This document shows, piece after piece, positions 51,801-63,100 of a DNA stretch of 64,000 nucleotides. This DNA comes from Vicugna vicugna (lineage: Eukaryota): the NCBI GenBank assembly GCA_013265495.1, contig MU058233.1, positions 595,038 through 659,037 of the forward strand, read 5' to 3'. A program made the translations under genes and the position numbers. The notes under the pieces were generated by a model that saw only the letters and a list, made by a program, of their open reading frames with translations, was not told the DNA's origin and ran no database searches. How positions within the stretch are numbered: position 1 is the first letter of the stretch; each line of letters opens with the position of its first letter.

Positions 51801-53429
51801 ATGGGTATTTTGAGGGGAGTGAAGAAGTGGTAACCTTGGCATCGTGGAGACTGGGAGGAGAAGCTGATTGGAGACAGGGGAGCCAGCAGAAGCCAAAGAC
51901 CCTTATGTGCACGGGCCTGGGGGAGGTTAGAAGACAGGGAGGATGGAGGTTTTTCCAGGGAGTCCAGCGGAGGAACAGGAACGTAAGGAAACCAGAGCTA
52001 TGAGCCATGGGTTCTAAGACATGAGAGAGAATGACATAGAGAAGACAGGGGAGACAGAGCAGCTGGGGCTGTGGAGGGGCCCATGGACGGAGAGGAGAGG
52101 CTGGAAGACTGCACCCTCCTGAGGAGCTCAGGGGCAGGGCTGCCAGAGCGGGGCCAAAGACTCGCCTACTGTTTTAAGTGGTTGCAGGCGAGTTCTTAAG
52201 GGGCAGGGAGTTTATTCAGCAAATACTGAGCACTTGTTTTATGACCTGCTGCTCTAGACTCTAGGGCTACCGAGCTCAGTGAGCTGGATCAGACTGCCGC
52301 TTTCATGAGCTTATGTGCCAAGGAGACGCAGTAACTGACTAAAGGGGATTTCAAGTGGGGGGAGGTGCATCAGATCATCGACAGGACAGGCTAGCGTGAA
52401 GGGAAGGTCATGGAGTTGTCAGGGAAGGGCTGGTTAAAGCCACATGCATGACAACTGGTCCTAAGATGAGAGAAGCTGAACCAGAAAGTGCTGAGTAAAG
52501 GACCATTTTCCGAGATGATGCAGGAAAAATGGAGGTGGGGCATGAGGAGGGCCATGTCCTGGGTCTCGGTGGAGCCCTTGGGACATGCCACCCCAGATGT
52601 GGGTCCTTGGCTTCACGCAGGAAAGAATTCAAGAGCAAGCCACAGTTGAGTAAAGGTAGATTGATTTAGAGAGAGACATACTGTATAGAGTATAGGCTGT
52701 TTCAAAAGGCAAGAGAAAGGCCACGAGGTGTGGTGCTCAGATTAAAGTAAAAGTTAGTACACACTCCGTAGACAGAGTGCGGGCTGTCTCCGAAGACGAG
52801 GGAGTGAGAGAGGCGGCCACGAGGCGTGGTGCTGCCAGTTTTTATGGGCTCAGTAGCTTCCCACGCCTGCAAGTGGGAGGACTAGGCCAACAACCCCGGG
52901 GAAGGGGCTGGGGTTCTTCGACCTTTTGTGGTCAGCCTTGGGACTGTCATGGCGCCTGTGGGCGTGTTATTTATCATGCTAATATGTTACAATGAGCATG
53001 TAAGGAAGCTCAAGGTCTACTAGAAGTCAAATCTCCCGCCATCTCAATCCTCAAGGCCAACTGGGAGTTCAGTCTTCCACAGTTTTGCTGTTAGTTGCTG
53101 TCATTCCTTGAATGGCTGTGCCCTGCCCCCTTCCCTCCTGTCTCACTACTGTCCCGTAAACACTATTAGACAGGGCCTGTCCTCTTCACCTTTCTCTGCT
53201 GGGGTCCTAGCCCAGTACTCTGTGCAAAGTAAAGGCTCAGCAAACACAATAGTTGGTGGATGGACTAACTAGTGGATGAGCTCTGTCCTGGGGAAATGGT
53301 GCCTGATAAGTGTGCCCAGGGCCTGCCCTTACTTAAGCCTGTCTGTGTTCTTCCTGGCAGTTCCGGGTGCTTTTTGCCAACGTGGTGGCTCTGTTCTGGT
53401 ATGCCTACCTGGCCTCTCTGGGGAAGTGA
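42884..53429 (+). CDS. PXMP2: Peroxisomal membrane protein 2 (PMP22, Mpv17/PMP22 family), 5 exons, 196 aa
   Basis: Exons 42884-43005, 44529-44645, 46692-46854, 50149-50268, 53361-53429 (591 nt, all GT-AG). Translation: MAPAASKLRAEAGFGALPRRALAQYLRLLRLYPVLTKAATSGILSALGNLLAQ...FFFTGPLSHFF...LLLDRFLFAPAF...NWRVWTPVQFININYVPLQFRVLFANVVALFWYAYLASLGK*. Head-to-head with POLE as in other mammals. Confidence 0.97.
44095..44370 (-). mobile_element. Old L1MC-type 3' end
   Basis: gcagttgtaagaaatgatacagggagatccc...cagtttccccca...tcacaaccaggacactg. Confidence 0.65.
45302..45421 (-). mobile_element. Vic-1-like SINE (diverged)
   Basis: ggggaaggtaat...cctaagcatgtactcta...gttataccctcttccc. Confidence 0.75.
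45527..45686 (+). mobile_element. Vic-1-like SINE
   Basis: Near-consensus head gggagggtataactcagtggtagagcacatgcttagcatgcatgaggtcctgggttcaatccccagtacctcc. Confidence 0.9.
46007..46156 (+). mobile_element. Vic-1-like SINE
   Basis: Head plus A-rich tail; TSD aaagctct. Confidence 0.85.
47161..47614 (+). mobile_element. Composite nested Vic-1-like SINE cluster containing an L1-derived 3' fragment
   Basis: Outer TSD aaagaagcaca (47150-47160 and 47615-47625); heads at 47161 and about 47246; three aattacc tails; L1-like terminus at 47445-47548. Confidence 0.8.
48320..48432 (+). mobile_element. Vic-1-like SINE
   Basis: ggggtataggtgaatggtagagtgcatgcttagc...aatccccagtgcctcc. Confidence 0.8.
49342..49477 (-). 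mobile_element. Vic-1-like SINE
   Basis: Full reverse copy with 12-bp TSD cttctactctta. Confidence 0.9.
49600..49773 (-). mobile_element. Vic-1-like SINE with doubled tail
   Basis: Reverse head ending gctgtaccctccc; two ggtaa-type tail modules. Confidence 0.85.
50680..51158. mobile_element. MER21-like LTR
   Basis: gggggctggtcacgtaggc...gggaaccctcctgaaatccaagttcccagacgccagc...ttttctgcaca; homologous to 27452-27888. Confidence 0.7.
51286..51400 (-). mobile_element. Vic-1-like SINE with internal deletion
   Basis: TSD attggcttta (51276-51285 and 51401-51410); B-box segment absent. Confidence 0.85.
52490..53145 (-). mobile_element. ERV1-type solo LTR
   Basis: Ends tgtctca (TGAGACA start on minus strand); contains cttggcttcacgcaggaaagaattcaagagc, an internal direct repeat ggccacgag(g)ygtggtgct, and TATA/polyA-like tttttat. 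Left boundary is approximate. Confidence 0.6.
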
Positions 53430-53701
53430 AGATGACTTGGAGAGAACATCAGCCATGCTGATGACGTGCATCAAGGGAAAATGCTCACCTGTCCAGGGTG
53501 AGAGAGCAGAAACAAGCCGATCTGGCTCTAGATCATGTGATTCAAGATGCCCTAAAATGATGGATGGAGAAAGAGAAATCTCTTAATGTCAGAATCTTGT
53601 GTTTTAACAAGGCAGTAGCTGTCCTCAAGTGGTGCTGCCCTAGAAACTTAAAATTCAGTTGAGATGATTTCACCTGTCACCTTGGATTGAATTAGGGTCA
53701 C

Positions 53702-53707
53702 AATAAA
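53702..53707 (+). terminator. Probable PXMP2 polyadenylation signal AATAAA
   Basis: First AATAAA after the stop codon (about 270 nt downstream), followed by T-rich sequence. Confidence 0.7.
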
Positions 53708-53733
53708 CTGTAACATAGCTTTTTCAGCAGTGA

Positions 53734-54372
53734 TTTTTTTTAACTGAAGTATAGTCAGTTTTAATATGTCAATTTCTGATGTACAGCATGATGTCCCAGT
53801 CATGCGTATATATGCATATATTCGTTTTCCTTAAAGATTATTACAAGATACTGAATATAGTTCCCTGTGCTGTACAGAAAAAATTTGGTTTTTTAAATCT
53901 ATTTTTATATATAGTGGTTAACATTTGCAAATCTCAAACTCCCAAATTTATCCCTTCCCACCCCCTTTCTCTGGTAACCATAAGATTATTTACTATGTCT
54001 GCAAGTCTGTTTCTTTTGTAGATGAGTTCATTAGTGTCTTCTTTTTTTCTTTTCTTCCTTTTTTCTTTAGATTCCACATATGAGTGATATTATATAGTAT
54101 TTTTCTTTCTCTTTCTGACTTACTTCACTTAGAATGATGATCTCCAGGTCCATCCACGTTGCTGCAAAACCACGTTGCTTGGCATTATTTTAGTCTTTTT
54201 TATTGTTGACTAGTATTCCATTGCATAAACATACCACAACTTCTTTATCCAGTCATCTGTCAATGGACATTTAGGTGGCTTCCATGTCTTGGCTATTGTA
54301 ATAGTGCTGCTATGAACATCGGGGTGCATGTGTCTTTGCGAGTTAGAGTTCCCTCTGGATATATGCCCAGGA
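53734..54372 (-). mobile_element. 5'-truncated cetartiodactyl/camelid-type L1 3' end
   Basis: ttttttaactgaagtatagtc...gaatatagttccctgtgctgtacag...ggctattgtaatagtgctgctatgaacat; TSD-like gtgatttt at both ends. Confidence 0.8.
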
Positions 54373-55636
54373 CAGTGGTGATTTTAATTTCTCAGAATAA
54401 TTGCTGTTGCTTTGGAAGAAAGGAGTGATCAGTGGACTGCCCTCAGATTTTTTAAAACATTTTAAAAATTGTGGTAAAATACATGACAGTACTACTGAAA
54501 AGAGCCCCCTGAGCCCAGGACTTTCCCCTGATGCTCTGAGAGGCCCTATGTGCCACCCTTTCCAATGATTCTGCTCTCCTGCTGCTCATTTACATTAGCC
54601 CTCCCTTCTTGCTTTTTCACTTTTAGAACATTCCTTCCTGATAGTATCCCACGCTTATTTCATGGATACAGTATCCCTTGGGACCTTAAATACATATTTT
54701 TTGAAATTTTCTTCTGTCCCATGTGCTATTTCTGTTTTCTCAGAGTTCTTTTTTTTCCCTGTTTGTTTTTATCTTTGTCTTTCTCCATCAGGATTTCCTG
54801 GAATGTCTGTTGATCCTTGATTGTGCATCACTGTTTAAGAGTCAAAACCACTCGGGTATTCTTTGGAAGATTAGTGTACATGTGCTAAACAGTACCCTTA
54901 CTGTAGGGTGACCAAGCAGGGACACAGTTTTGTGGGGAATCACCCGTTCTCGATAACCGAGGCCTTTTCTCTTGGGCTAGTCAGTTTACCCAGAAGGAAA
55001 GATGGTGGCTGTAGGGGAGCATGGTATACACACAGTGGCCAACATTCTTGTGGCTAACTGGAGAAAGAGGGTTAGAGTCCTACATGAACTTTATATAATT
55101 GCATCTTTATGACTGCATCCCAGTCTCAGCTGTCTGGTGTTCTCAAATCCCAGTCCTTCTATTCCAGATCCTCTGGAATGAAAGTTTTCTAGTCTTCTGC
55201 CACGGTGGAGGTGAGGCATTCACCTGAATACACTGGTGATAGGGGAGATGTAGAGTGCAACCTCTTGCAGATTTTTCAATCAATCCTCCTGTGCTTAGCC
55301 CCACTCACTGTCCTGTCCTCAGAGATAGGGCTAGTACCTGGAACTCACCAGACTCACTGGACTAAATGAGCTTGCTTCTTGGCTTCCATCAGTGCAGCAG
55401 CTGATATTCCTCCATCTTCTCAGGTCAATGATGATCTGATTTCCAACTTCCCAAATTTTGTCAACTGATTGTTTCTTCTTGTGGACTCAACTATATCTCT
55501 GTGGATTTCTCTTTTTTGTTTTTTTTCTGGAGGAAGGAGACATAAATGTATGAGTTCGAGACAGCATATTTGAGCAGAGCTCTGGTTATTTCTGTGGAAT
55601 ACACTCAAAGTGATTATTTAAAGTGTAAAGCAGATT

Positions 55637-55750
55637 GGGGGGAGGGTATAGCTCAAGTGGTAGAGCACATGCTTAGCATGCAGGAGGTCCTGGGTTCAAT
55701 CCCCTAATTACCTCCCCCACAAAAAAATAAAAATAAAAAATTTTTAAAAA
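55637..55750 (+). mobile_element. Vic-1-like SINE with internal deletion
   Basis: Head joined directly to taattacctcccc tail; TSD-like tgtaaa(g/t)cagat. Confidence 0.85.
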
Positions 55751-55794
55751 TGTAAATCAGATCAAGTCACTTCCTCACTTGAAAACCTGCCAAG

Positions 55795-56335
55795 GTGACC
55801 CAGCAATCCCACTTCTGAGTATACACTCAAAAGAACAGAAAGCAGGGACGTAAAAGAGAGATTTGCAGACCCATGTTCACGGCAGCATTATTCACAGTAA
55901 GTAAAACGGGAAACAACCCAAATGTGCATGGATGGATGCATGGGTAAATGAGAAGTGTTATGGCCATACAATTACTCAGCCTTAAAAGGGAAGGACGTTC
56001 TGACGCAGGCTACAACATGGGTGAAACTTGGGAACATTAAAGTGAAGTAATCCAGTCCCAAAAGGACCAATACTGTATGGTTCGATTTCTTTGAGGTTTG
56101 TGGAGCAAACTCATAGAAACAGAATGTAGGAGGGTGGGGGCCAGGCGCTGGGGGAGGGGAATGGGGAGTGAGTGACAGGGACAGAGTTTCAGTTTGGGAA
56201 GATGGAAAAGTCCTGGAGAGGGATGCTGGTGACGGTTGCACGACAGAGACTGTGCTTAACGTCACCGAGCTGCATACCTAAAAGTGACTAAGATGGTAAA
56301 TTTTGCGTTATCTGTGTTTTACTACAGTAAAAAAG
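55795..56335 (+). mobile_element. Old L1MB-type 3' end
   Basis: gacccagcaatcccacttctg...catgttcacggcagcattattcacag...gacagagtttcagtttgggaagatggaaaag. Confidence 0.75.
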
Positions 56336-56399
56336 CAACCGCCAAGCCGTGCGGGAGTTTCCCAGCTCCCTGAAGCCAGAGTCCCCAGTTTCTGCAGGG

Positions 56400-57100
56400 C
56401 TGGGGCTCCTTCCAGGCTCCTCCGAGTTGCCCCGCCACCTCGGCCAGGCCGCGCGGCTCCCCTCGAAGGCGGGGACGACGAGCGCCCCGGCCCCCGGCCC
56501 GAGGTCGTGGGGAAGATCTCAGCGCCGCCGCCGCGCCGCCTCCGCTCCCGGAAGTCGCCGCGGCGGGGCGGGGCGATCCCGCTGGACCCCGCGCCGCCCG
56601 CCGGCCGGAAGCGCGCTCCCGGCGAAGCGTGACCCTCGCGGCGCGCCGTCTGGCCCCGTGAGCGCCTGCGCGGAGGCGGCGCGGACTGGCCGGCATGGCG
56701 TTCCGGCAGGCGCTGCAGCTGGCGGCCTGCGGCCTGGCGGGGGGCTCGGCCGCCGTGCTCTTCTCGGCTGTGGCGGTGGGGAAGCCCCGCGCTGGCGGGG
56801 ACGCGGAGCCGCGCGTGGTCGAGCCCCCGGCGTGGACGGGGGCCGCGCGCCCCGGGCCCGGCGTCTGGGACCCCAACTGGGACAGGTGCGGGGCGCGCGG
56901 TAGAGCCCGGTGGTCCCCGGCGACCGGCGGCGGGAGCCTTCCCGGACCCGACGTTGCGCTGGGTCGATGTGGTCGGCTCAGCAGAGTGGCGGGCGGGCTG
57001 GCGTGCAGGTTTCTCTTTCGGTTCTGGCGGCGAGGCTGGCTAGGGCGGCCCTCGACCCCTCTGCTAAACCCCGCCCCGGTCCGCCCAGAGGGTCGTTGTG
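56400..57100 (+). promoter_or_regulatory. CpG island promoter of PGAM5
   Basis: CpG-dense region spanning exon 1. GABP/ETS CCGGAAGT 56548-56555 and CCGGAAG near 56605, GC box near 56564, NRF1-type GCGCCTGCGC 56662-56671. This combination is typical of nuclear genes for mitochondrial proteins. Confidence 0.85.
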
Positions 57101-60100
57101 AGGGACAGCACAGTGATGCCGGGGCAGCGCCCCACTCCGGGAAGCCCGAGGGTCGTTTTCAGCCCCAGCCGGAGGGCTTGGGCTCCGTGGGCTCTCAGGC
57201 TTGTTAACCATCTCTCAGCTGAGCCCTCAGACTGGCTTAGGGCATGTTGACTCCGTATGTGCGACACGGCTGAGAACGAGGTGGGTGTGGGTCCTGAGAG
57301 GGGCCGCTGCGGGAAGACGGCCAAGGACAGGACTAGCAGCCATCTTGAACGGGAACCGCAGCCTCCGGGGGTCTTGGTCCCCACCTGGCCACTACCTGTC
57401 ACGTTCTTAGCGCTTGAACTGTGGCTCCCGTGGGAAACAATTATTAGTCTTACTTAATGTTAATTAAATTTCAGAGCCAAAGCAGTGCATGTTGTGTTGA
57501 AATGATATTTTTGATACACTGGAGTAAATAAAGTGAGATGGTGAAATTTCACCTGTTTCTTACTACTTTGTGAATGTGGCTACTTGGAAATTTAAAATTA
57601 CATATGTTGCCGGTGTTCTGTTTCTATTGGACAGTACTGCTCTGGAGTCTGAGAGTGGCCACGTGGGATGGTTCACCCAGTCCCAGCTCTTTACTGCTTG
57701 ACGCTTCTGAGAATGGGAGCTAATGTTTGTTGTTAGCCTAGTTGTATTAGGAACATTATAGGTGTTTTTTTTTTAACCTTTAATTTTTTAAAAGATACAC
57801 TTAACACTATTTTTTTACATAGCAGCTTATTTCTGTTGTTTATCTTTTTTTAACACTTTTATTGTGGTATGATTCCTATACAGTAAACTACATATATTTC
57901 AGATGTACAGTTTGATGAATTTTGATGGGTGTACACACCCATGAAACCACCACCATAATCAAGACAGCTAGCATTTCCATCCCTCCGCAAGAGGTGCACA
58001 TTTCATATTGCCAGTTCATCCCTTCCCACCCTCTTTACTCGCTGGTTATCATAAGTTTGTTTTCTGTCTTTGAGTCTGTTTCTGTTTTGTAGATAAGTTT
58101 ATTTGTATCCTTTTTTTAAGATTCCACATGTAAGTGATATATGATATTTTTCTCTCTTTTTGACTTTACTTAGAGTGATGATCTCCAGGTCCATCCATGT
58201 TGCTGCAAATGGGATTATTTTATTCTTTTTATGGCTGAGTAGTGTCCCATGGTATAAATACACCACAACTTTTTTACCCAGTCATCTGTCGATGGACATT
58301 TGGGTTGTTTTCATGTCTTGGTTATTGTAAATAGTGCTGCTGTGAACATTGGGGTGCATGTGCCTTTTCAAATTATATTTTCCTCCGGATAAATGCCCAA
58401 GAGTGGGATTGCTGGATCATATGGTAGGTCTATTTCTAGTTTTTTGAGGAACCTCCACACTGTCCTCCATAGTGGCTGCACCAATTTACATTCCCAACAG
58501 TAGTGTAGGGGAGGGTTCCTTTTTCTCCACACCATCTCCAGCATTTATCCACAAAAAAATTTGTGGATTTTTTTTTTACTTTTCTTTTTTCAGTTTTATT
58601 AGGTAGACTTCTTATAATTTGACTGCACATATACAATGTACTGCATATAAATACATATACACAATATACTGCACATGTATTTTAAAAATTTACATATATG
58701 TACTGTTCATTGTTTCTAAGAATGTAAAGCTTTAGCTTTTTAAAATTAAGTAGTTATCAAAGGAATAAAGCCAATCATTTGTGGATTTTTTTTAATGATG
58801 GCTATTCTGACTGGTGTAAGGCGATATCTCATTGTAGTTTTGATTTGCATTTCTCTTACAATTAGTGTTGTTGAGCATCTTCATGTGCCTGTTGGCCATC
58901 TGGATGTCTTTGGAGAGATGTCTATTTAGGTCTTCTGCCTGTTTTTTGATTGGGTTGTTTGTTTTTTAGATATTAAGCTGTATGAGCTATTAGTGTATTT
59001 TGGAGATTACTCCCTTGTCGGTTGCATCATTTGCAAATATTTTCTCCCACTCTGTAGGCTGTCTTTTTGTTTTGTTGTTGGTATCCTTAGCCATGCAAAA
59101 GCTTTGGAGTTTAATTAGATCCCGTTTGTTTATTTTTGCTTTTGTTTCCATAACTTTAGGAGCTGGTTTGAACAAAATACTGCTGTGATTTATGTCAGAG
59201 TGTCCTGCCTGCGTTTTCCTCTAGGAGTTTTACATTTAGGTCTTTGATCCATTTTGAGTTCATTTTTATATATGGTGTTAAAGAATGTTCCAATTTCAGT
59301 CTTCTACAAGTAGCTGTCTAGTCTTCCAGGCACCATGTATTGAAGAGACTCTTTTCTCTATTGTATATTCTTGCCTCCTTTGTCATATGGGGCCCGGTTA
59401 TATCGCGAGCACGCCCCCGCTACTGTCCTGCTGTGGTTACCTCTTTATGTTTCCAGTTGAAGATAATCTTTTTTGCTAGGTTCCAGTCTTTTTTTCCCAA
59501 TGGTTATGTAGCAGTCAGTTGTGGTTTTGTTGTAGCTGCGAGGAGAGGCGAGCTCGTGGTCCTACCATTCCTCCATCTTGACTGGAAACTCCAGAAACTT
59601 ATTTTAGAATAGCTTTATATTTACAGAAAAATTGCAGATGGTAGAGTTCTGGATACTCCACACCTGACTTCCTGTGTTACAAACATCATACACTGATGTG
59701 CAGTGTTTGTCACAGTTAGTGAAGCAATACAGAGACGTCATTATTACCTGATGTCCATCGTGCTGTGTCTGCATGCTGCTGTCCATCGTGTCGTCGAGGA
59801 TCCCACCTGAGCGTTGTCCTGTCCCCTTGGCTCCTCTTGGCTTTGACAGTTTCTCAGGCTTTCCTTGTTTGGATGACCTTGACAGTTTTGTGCAGGGCTG
59901 CTTAGAGGTTTCATAGAATGTCCCTCCATTGGGATTTGTCTGTTTTTATCATGATAAGACTGGTCATAACTTTCTTTCAAACATCAGTACAATCTTGCAG
60001 GTTTCTTAGGCTTTCTAAGGAAACAGCTTCAGTCTGAGGTTAAAGGACTTGAGTTAGTGCAGGCTCCAGCTTTACTAGTTGAGGGTGACATGCTGTATTT

Positions 60101-63100
60101 GCTCGTCGGGTCTAGATTTATGGGCAGGGGGGTGACTGTCCATTCTGGAAAATTCCAGAGCCTCATCCCATGAAGTCTCCAGCCTCTTCCTGAGGAATGA
60201 GGGGTGCTCCGAGAAGCTGGCCTCTGGGACCAGAGACAGAGAACAGAGCGCTGAGGGCACTGGCTTCTGCCCTGTGCTTTCCCAAGAGGGAAAGACTGTC
60301 TTGTCGGAAATACCCAAGGGTGACTTGTGAACAGGGTCACAGGACACGCCGTCTCGTGTTTCATCATTAGGCGAGAACCACTGTCCCTGGTCAACCTGCG
60401 GAAGAGGAGCCTGGAACCTGGAGAGGAAGAGCTGGCGTCCAGGCTGGACCACTACAAGGCCAAGGCCACGAGGCACATCTTCCTCATCAGGCACTCCCAG
60501 TATCACGTGGACGCCTCCCTGGAGAAGGACCGCACACTGACGCCCCTGGGTACGTGGCTGGGCCTGCCAGACCCCCAAGGCCGGCCTCCTTGAAGGTACC
60601 CCTGGGCGCTGGGCCTCCTTGGACCTGTGTCACCGAGGTTCGAGTGTTGTTATTATCAATAAATTAATTCTCAGCCTCATCTGACACAAGACAGGCCTTG
60701 AAAACATGTTCATCTTTAAAAATATTACAGTGCGTCTTCCTGCAGGCGAGAGGTGCTCTGCAGGGCAGTTTCAGTTTCGGGGTGCCCTGTCTTGCTTGAG
60801 TTGTTCTCTTGCTTAAGAGCCTTGCTTAAGATCTGCATCTGCAAGTCTGCCTGGTAAACAGACGGGCAGACGGGGTGAGGGCAAGCCTCGCAGCCCTGCC
60901 CAGAAGTGGTGCCCGTGGCAGCATCCTGCCTGGTGTCCAGCGCTGCTGGGCCCGCCCTTCCATCTCTGTCTTCCTGTCCATGTGCACATGTGCCCGTAGG
61001 AGAACGTCCTGGGAGAGGAGAGAAGGCGCAGGGCAGTCTGAGGTACAGTTTACACTTGCAAAAATTTCTTTGTTGAATGGGACATCCCCACTTGTGTGTG
61101 AAGGGGCTGGTGGCCTGTCCCCCGGCAGGCTGTGCCCACCACCCTGGGCACAGATGGGACGTGAAGCTGCATCTGTGGTGTCGGGCATCCAGCTGGACTG
61201 ACTTCCCGAGGACGTTTCAGCTGGACTTCAGGATACATCTGAGAAAAGCATTTGTATTTGCACCCAGTCCATCTGTCCTTAGCAGGGCTGAATTGTCCCC
61301 TCTTTGCCTGCCCACATCTGTGATGGTTGCACAGCTGGCAGTCACCGGTGGTCACTGGCGCACTGAGACCCAGTCTTTAGACAAAGTTGAGTAGGAATGG
61401 TGTGAGGGATCCAGCAGGACCCACCCACACTTCAGCCACCCTCAACTGTGGTCATTGTTTTCAGTGTTTTTTCCTGATGGGGCTGAAGGTGGCTGGTTTG
61501 TCTCGTTGAGTTTACCTGTTGAATGCCTGGCCCCTTCATCGTAATGGCCTGAGCCCCGAGAGCCCTGCCTGTCTTGTCCCCCAGCCCTCACGGTACTTGG
61601 TGAAGACCAAAGGATTTGTGCAGTAAACAAAGAGGAACTCCGGTGACATCTCATTCTCCAGTGTGTCTCACCCTCCAGGTCGAGAGCAGGCTGAACTAAC
61701 TGGCCTCCGACTTGCAAGCTTGGGGTTGAAGTTTAATAAAATCGTCCACTCCTCCATGACCCGCGCAGTAGAAACCACTGACATCATCAGCAAACACCTG
61801 CCGGGTGAGTGCTGGGCGGCTCGGGGCCCCCGCCGGGCGGGGTGCGGCTTTCCCGGCGCTGAGCACGGTGCCTTTCCGCAGGCGTCTGCAGGGTCAGCAC
61901 GGACCTGCTGAGGGAAGGCGCCCCCATCGAGCCCGACCCCCCCGTGTCCCACTGGAAGCCGGAGGCTGTGGTAAAAACTGCCCCCCCTGCTCCTGGCCGC
62001 TGTGGGCCCTCCTCTCCTGACCCTGCTGCCGCCATGCCTACGGTTCCTCTCTCTGCCCCCAGCAGTATTACGAAGACGGAGCCCGAATCGAGGCCGCCTT
62101 CCGGAACTACATCCACCGTGCGGACGCCAAGCAGCAGGAGGACAGCTACGAGATCTTCATCTGCCACGCCAACGTCATCCGCTACATCGTGTGCCGGTGA
62201 GGGTCCCCTTAGTGCCCTGGGCCCGCCTCCCCTGCCAGCCTGCTCCAGGCCCGATCCGGGTGCTGCTAGGAGGAAGGGGTCAGGAAGAGGGGTGTCAGGC
62301 AGGCCTGGGCCCACACGCGGCTCTGGGAGCTGGCACATCAGCTCTTTGACTAGGACGGTGCCCTGAAAGTGGTGACAGTGACGCTGAGACTTTAGAAAGC
62401 AGTGTGGAGGTAGTCACTCCTTTGTCGGCAAAACCCTTGATGGGAGAATGTTGGGGCCTGCCCGGGGCGCCGCCCATCCGCCCGACACCGTTTGCTGACT
62501 CACACATCGTCTTCGCTGTGCTGCGCTTTTCAGCAGATACCAACTGGGCCTTTTATTTTCAATGGGGATTTAATTTTTTTTTTTTAATGGGGATGTTTTT
62601 AAATGGGGATTGAACCTTGTGCATGCTAAGCCTGTGCTCTACCACTGACCTAGCTCTACTCTCCCCACAAAAAGGCCTTTTTCTGAGTGTCAGAATGCTG
62701 CTGGGCAGTGGGAGCCAGGGCAGTAGGGGACCTGCTGCGCTGCTTGGCTGCCCGCCCCCTCGTGCTTACACGGGTACGAAACCAGTGCGTTTCTGACTCG
62801 CCTGCATGTCCTGAGTGGAGTTGATCCCCTGTCCCAGACAGGTCACCTCACCCTGCTGCGACCCATGGGTTGGTGTCGCCAAGCAGCTCCTTCCCGAGAA
62901 ACCCCCTGCTGGGAAGCGGGAGGTACTCAGGGATGTGGCCCCTGCGCCAAGAAAGCCTACAGAGGCCTCCTTACCTGGGGCTGGGGCTCTGAGCCTCACC
63001 GAGACCCTGCCTGCCTCCCAGAGGAAGCCCTCATTCCTAGCACTTCTCTCCTTGGTCCAGGGCCCTGCAGTTCCCACCGGAAGGCTGGCTCCGCCTCTCC

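Noticed and set aside
58990..59175. L1 ORF2-like peptide as a functional gene
   Set aside because: Short interrupted remnant without EN or RT domains.
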